24,623 nucleotides of DNA from a bacterium (GTDB lineage Bacteria > Zhuqueibacterota > Zhuqueibacteria > Zhuqueibacterales > Zhuqueibacteraceae), in contig JBIOXB010000104.1 of the NCBI GenBank assembly GCA_044869275.1, forward strand, positions 1 through 24,623, written 5' to 3'. The notes below the pieces were generated by a model. It made no database searches. It had not been told where the DNA came from and worked only from the letters and a program-made list of their open reading frames with translations. The position numbers were made by a program, and so were the translations under genes. Shown here piece after piece: positions 22,995-24,623 of this stretch (positions are counted from its first letter, which is position 1; every line of letters starts with the position of its first letter).

Positions 22995-24623
22995 TCACTT
23001 GCTCTCCATCGCCTCCACGCCCTCCCAATCTTCGGGCACGCCCCGCACCATGAATTGCGCCGAGCGCTCGAGATAAAGCCGCGCGGTTTTATCCTCGGCA
23101 TTGGCCTTGAGCACATTCTTGAAGCACACCGAAGCCTCAGCAAAGTCTTTCGCAAAGTAATGCCGCAAGCCCTGCTCAAAATCCCTTTTCGTTTTCAGCT
23201 TCAAATCAATAATCGCCTCTGCCTCGCCGTCACATACTTCATAAAGAGAAATGGGCACATCTTTGCCCTTCACCTGCACTTTGCCGAGAAAGCGCGTGTG
23301 GTACTGGCCGCGATTTGTGAGCTTGCTCAGCGTGGTTTCACTCACCACGATGGACGCGCCGTAAAACTTGCACAATCCTTCGATGCGGTTCGTCAGATTC
23401 ACAGCATCGGAAAAAATGTCGCCCTGCATGCGCTCTTTCTCGCCCACGATACCCAGCATGAGATTTCCGGTGTGCAACCCGACCCCGATCTGAATAGCCG
23501 GCTCGTTACGTTTTCCGCGTTCCGCATTAAACTCCTGCAACTGCTTTAGCGTCGCAATCGCATTGTTCACCGCATCTTCGGCGCGGCGCGGGAACAGCGC
23601 CATGATGGCATCGCCGGTGTAGCGGTCGACGAAACCGTGATGCTCCCGCACCGTTGGACTGGCGATGCTGAAGTATTCGTTGATAAAGGCAAAATTCTCC
23701 GCCGGCGTCATCTTTTCGGAAATGGTGGTGAAGCCGCGAATATCCGAAACGAAAATGGTGACTTCCAATTGGGTGTGATCACCGAGCTTCACCTCCACCG
23801 CGCTTTCCTTTTCGAGATAGCGCAAAAACTCGCGTGGCACAAAGCGGCCAAAGGCGGTGTTGATTTTGAGCAGATTCAAGTGCGTCTTGATGCGGGCGAG
23901 CAGCTCGTCCTTGGAAAACGGCTTGGCAAGATAGTCGTTCGCACCGGAGGAGAGGCCTTCGATCAAATCACTCACTTGATCCTTCGCCGTGACCATGATC
24001 ACCGGCAATTCCGCGGGCAGATGTTTTTGGCGCAGGCGTTGGCAGACTTCGTAGCCCGACATGCGCGGCATCATCACATCCAGCAAGACCAGATCGAATT
24101 TCGTTTTATCCATCGCCCGCAGCGCTTCCTCGCCATTGTAGGCTTGACTGAAGCGATATTTGCCGAGCGTGAGATGATTTGCCAGCACTTGCTGGTTCAC
24201 CGGTTCGTCGTCGACGATGAGAATATGAAACGCGCCATCTGGGCTGCTCTGCTCCAACACCTGCATTTCCGCCGCAATGCCTTCCACTTGCCGGACGCGC
24301 GCCAAGTCGATGGTCTGGCCGGTGATGGGAATATAGGCCTGTTCCGTTCTCTCGGGTTTTCCCTTTGCAACCGGCAGGCTAAAGGTGAAAACCGCCCCTT
24401 TTCCGACTTCGGAGTCCACGCGGATCGCGCCGCCGTGCAATTCCACTAGGCTTTTGGTGATCGCCAGGCCCAAGCCGGTGCCGCCATATTCGCGGGCAAT
24501 CGAGGCGTCTACCTGCTCGAACGATTTGAAGATGTCTTTCTGCTTGTCTTTGGAAATGCCAATGCCAGTATCGGCCACTGTGATTTCGATGAAATCCCGG
24601 GATTCTGCCGTAGGGGCGACCCG
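22995..24623 (-). CDS. Hybrid histidine kinase-receiver-class III nucleotide cyclase (5' truncated by window)
   Basis: Frame open to the window edge; HATPase DTGIGI...GGTGLGL; REC LIVDDE, LLDVMMP, LAKP; cyclase SDIRGFT, DRYTGDA, GVGLHTG, SDAVNLTNRIE; TPR-like tail. Confidence 0.94.
   Translation of the reverse strand, partial: RVAPTAESRDFIEITVADTGIGISKDKQKDIFKSFEQVDASIAREYGGTGLGLAITKSLVELHGGAIRVDSEVGKGAVFTFSLPVAKGKPERTEQAYIPITGQTIDLARVRQVEGIAAEMQVLEQSSPDGAFHILIVDDEPVNQQVLANHLTLGKYRFSQAYNGEEALRAMDKTKFDLVLLDVMMPRMSGYEVCQRLRQKHLPAELPVIMVTAKDQVSDLIEGLSSGANDYLAKPFSKDELLARIKTHLNLLKINTAFGRFVPREFLRYLEKESAVEVKLGDHTQLEVTIFVSDIRGFTTISEKMTPAENFAFINEYFSIASPTVREHHGFVDRYTGDAIMALFPRRAEDAVNNAIATLKQLQEFNAERGKRNEPAIQIGVGLHTGNLMLGIVGEKERMQGDIFSDAVNLTNRIEGLCKFYGASIVVSETTLSKLTNRGQYHTRFLGKVQVKGKDVPISLYEVCDGEAEAIIDLKLKTKRDFEQGLRHYFAKDFAEASVCFKNVLKANAEDKTARLYLERSAQFMVRGVPEDWEGVEAMESK
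24610..24623 (+). repeat. GTAG-family REP-like sequence (partial) inside the kinase CDS
   Basis: GTAGGGGCGACCCG at the window end; reads RVAPT in the kinase frame. Confidence 0.6.

Noticed and set aside
23637..24449. 270-aa plus-strand ORF
   Set aside because: Antisense shadow of the receiver-cyclase gene.
22995..24623. Functional link between this cyclase and the GAF kinases
   Set aside because: About 13 kb and several unrelated operons apart; proximity alone is not evidence.

Overview
Bacterial, gene-dense window with no rRNA, tRNA, CRISPR array or intact transposase. The left 12 kb is a signalling locus. A minus-strand operon encodes a cytoplasmic 5xGAF-PAS histidine kinase, a single-domain receiver, a 1451-aa kinase fusing an AAA_35/STAND-like P-loop NTPase to 4xGAF-HisKA-HATPase-atypical REC, and an NtrC-family sigma-54 activator. 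Divergent from it is an archaeal/eukaryotic-type phosphopantetheine adenylyltransferase-like gene. Next comes an AT-rich spacer with two outward-facing sigma-54 promoter motifs, an IHF consensus site and candidate enhancer repeats, then two orphan ORFs that may be the pathway output. This locus is the best candidate for an undescribed system. The right half holds a fatty acid desaturase, an intradiol dioxygenase-like protein, an ECF sigma/anti-sigma/DUF4097 operon, a deoxynucleoside kinase plus SSS transporter, a probably leaderless ArsR-like regulator with an SRPBCC protein, a secreted hypothetical protein, a SAM methyltransferase and a partial HK-REC-nucleotide cyclase. Many intergenic gaps carry distinct palindromic or short tandem repeats, and a GTAG-type REP motif sits in frame inside the last CDS. 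All calls come from reading motifs by eye, not from database searches.
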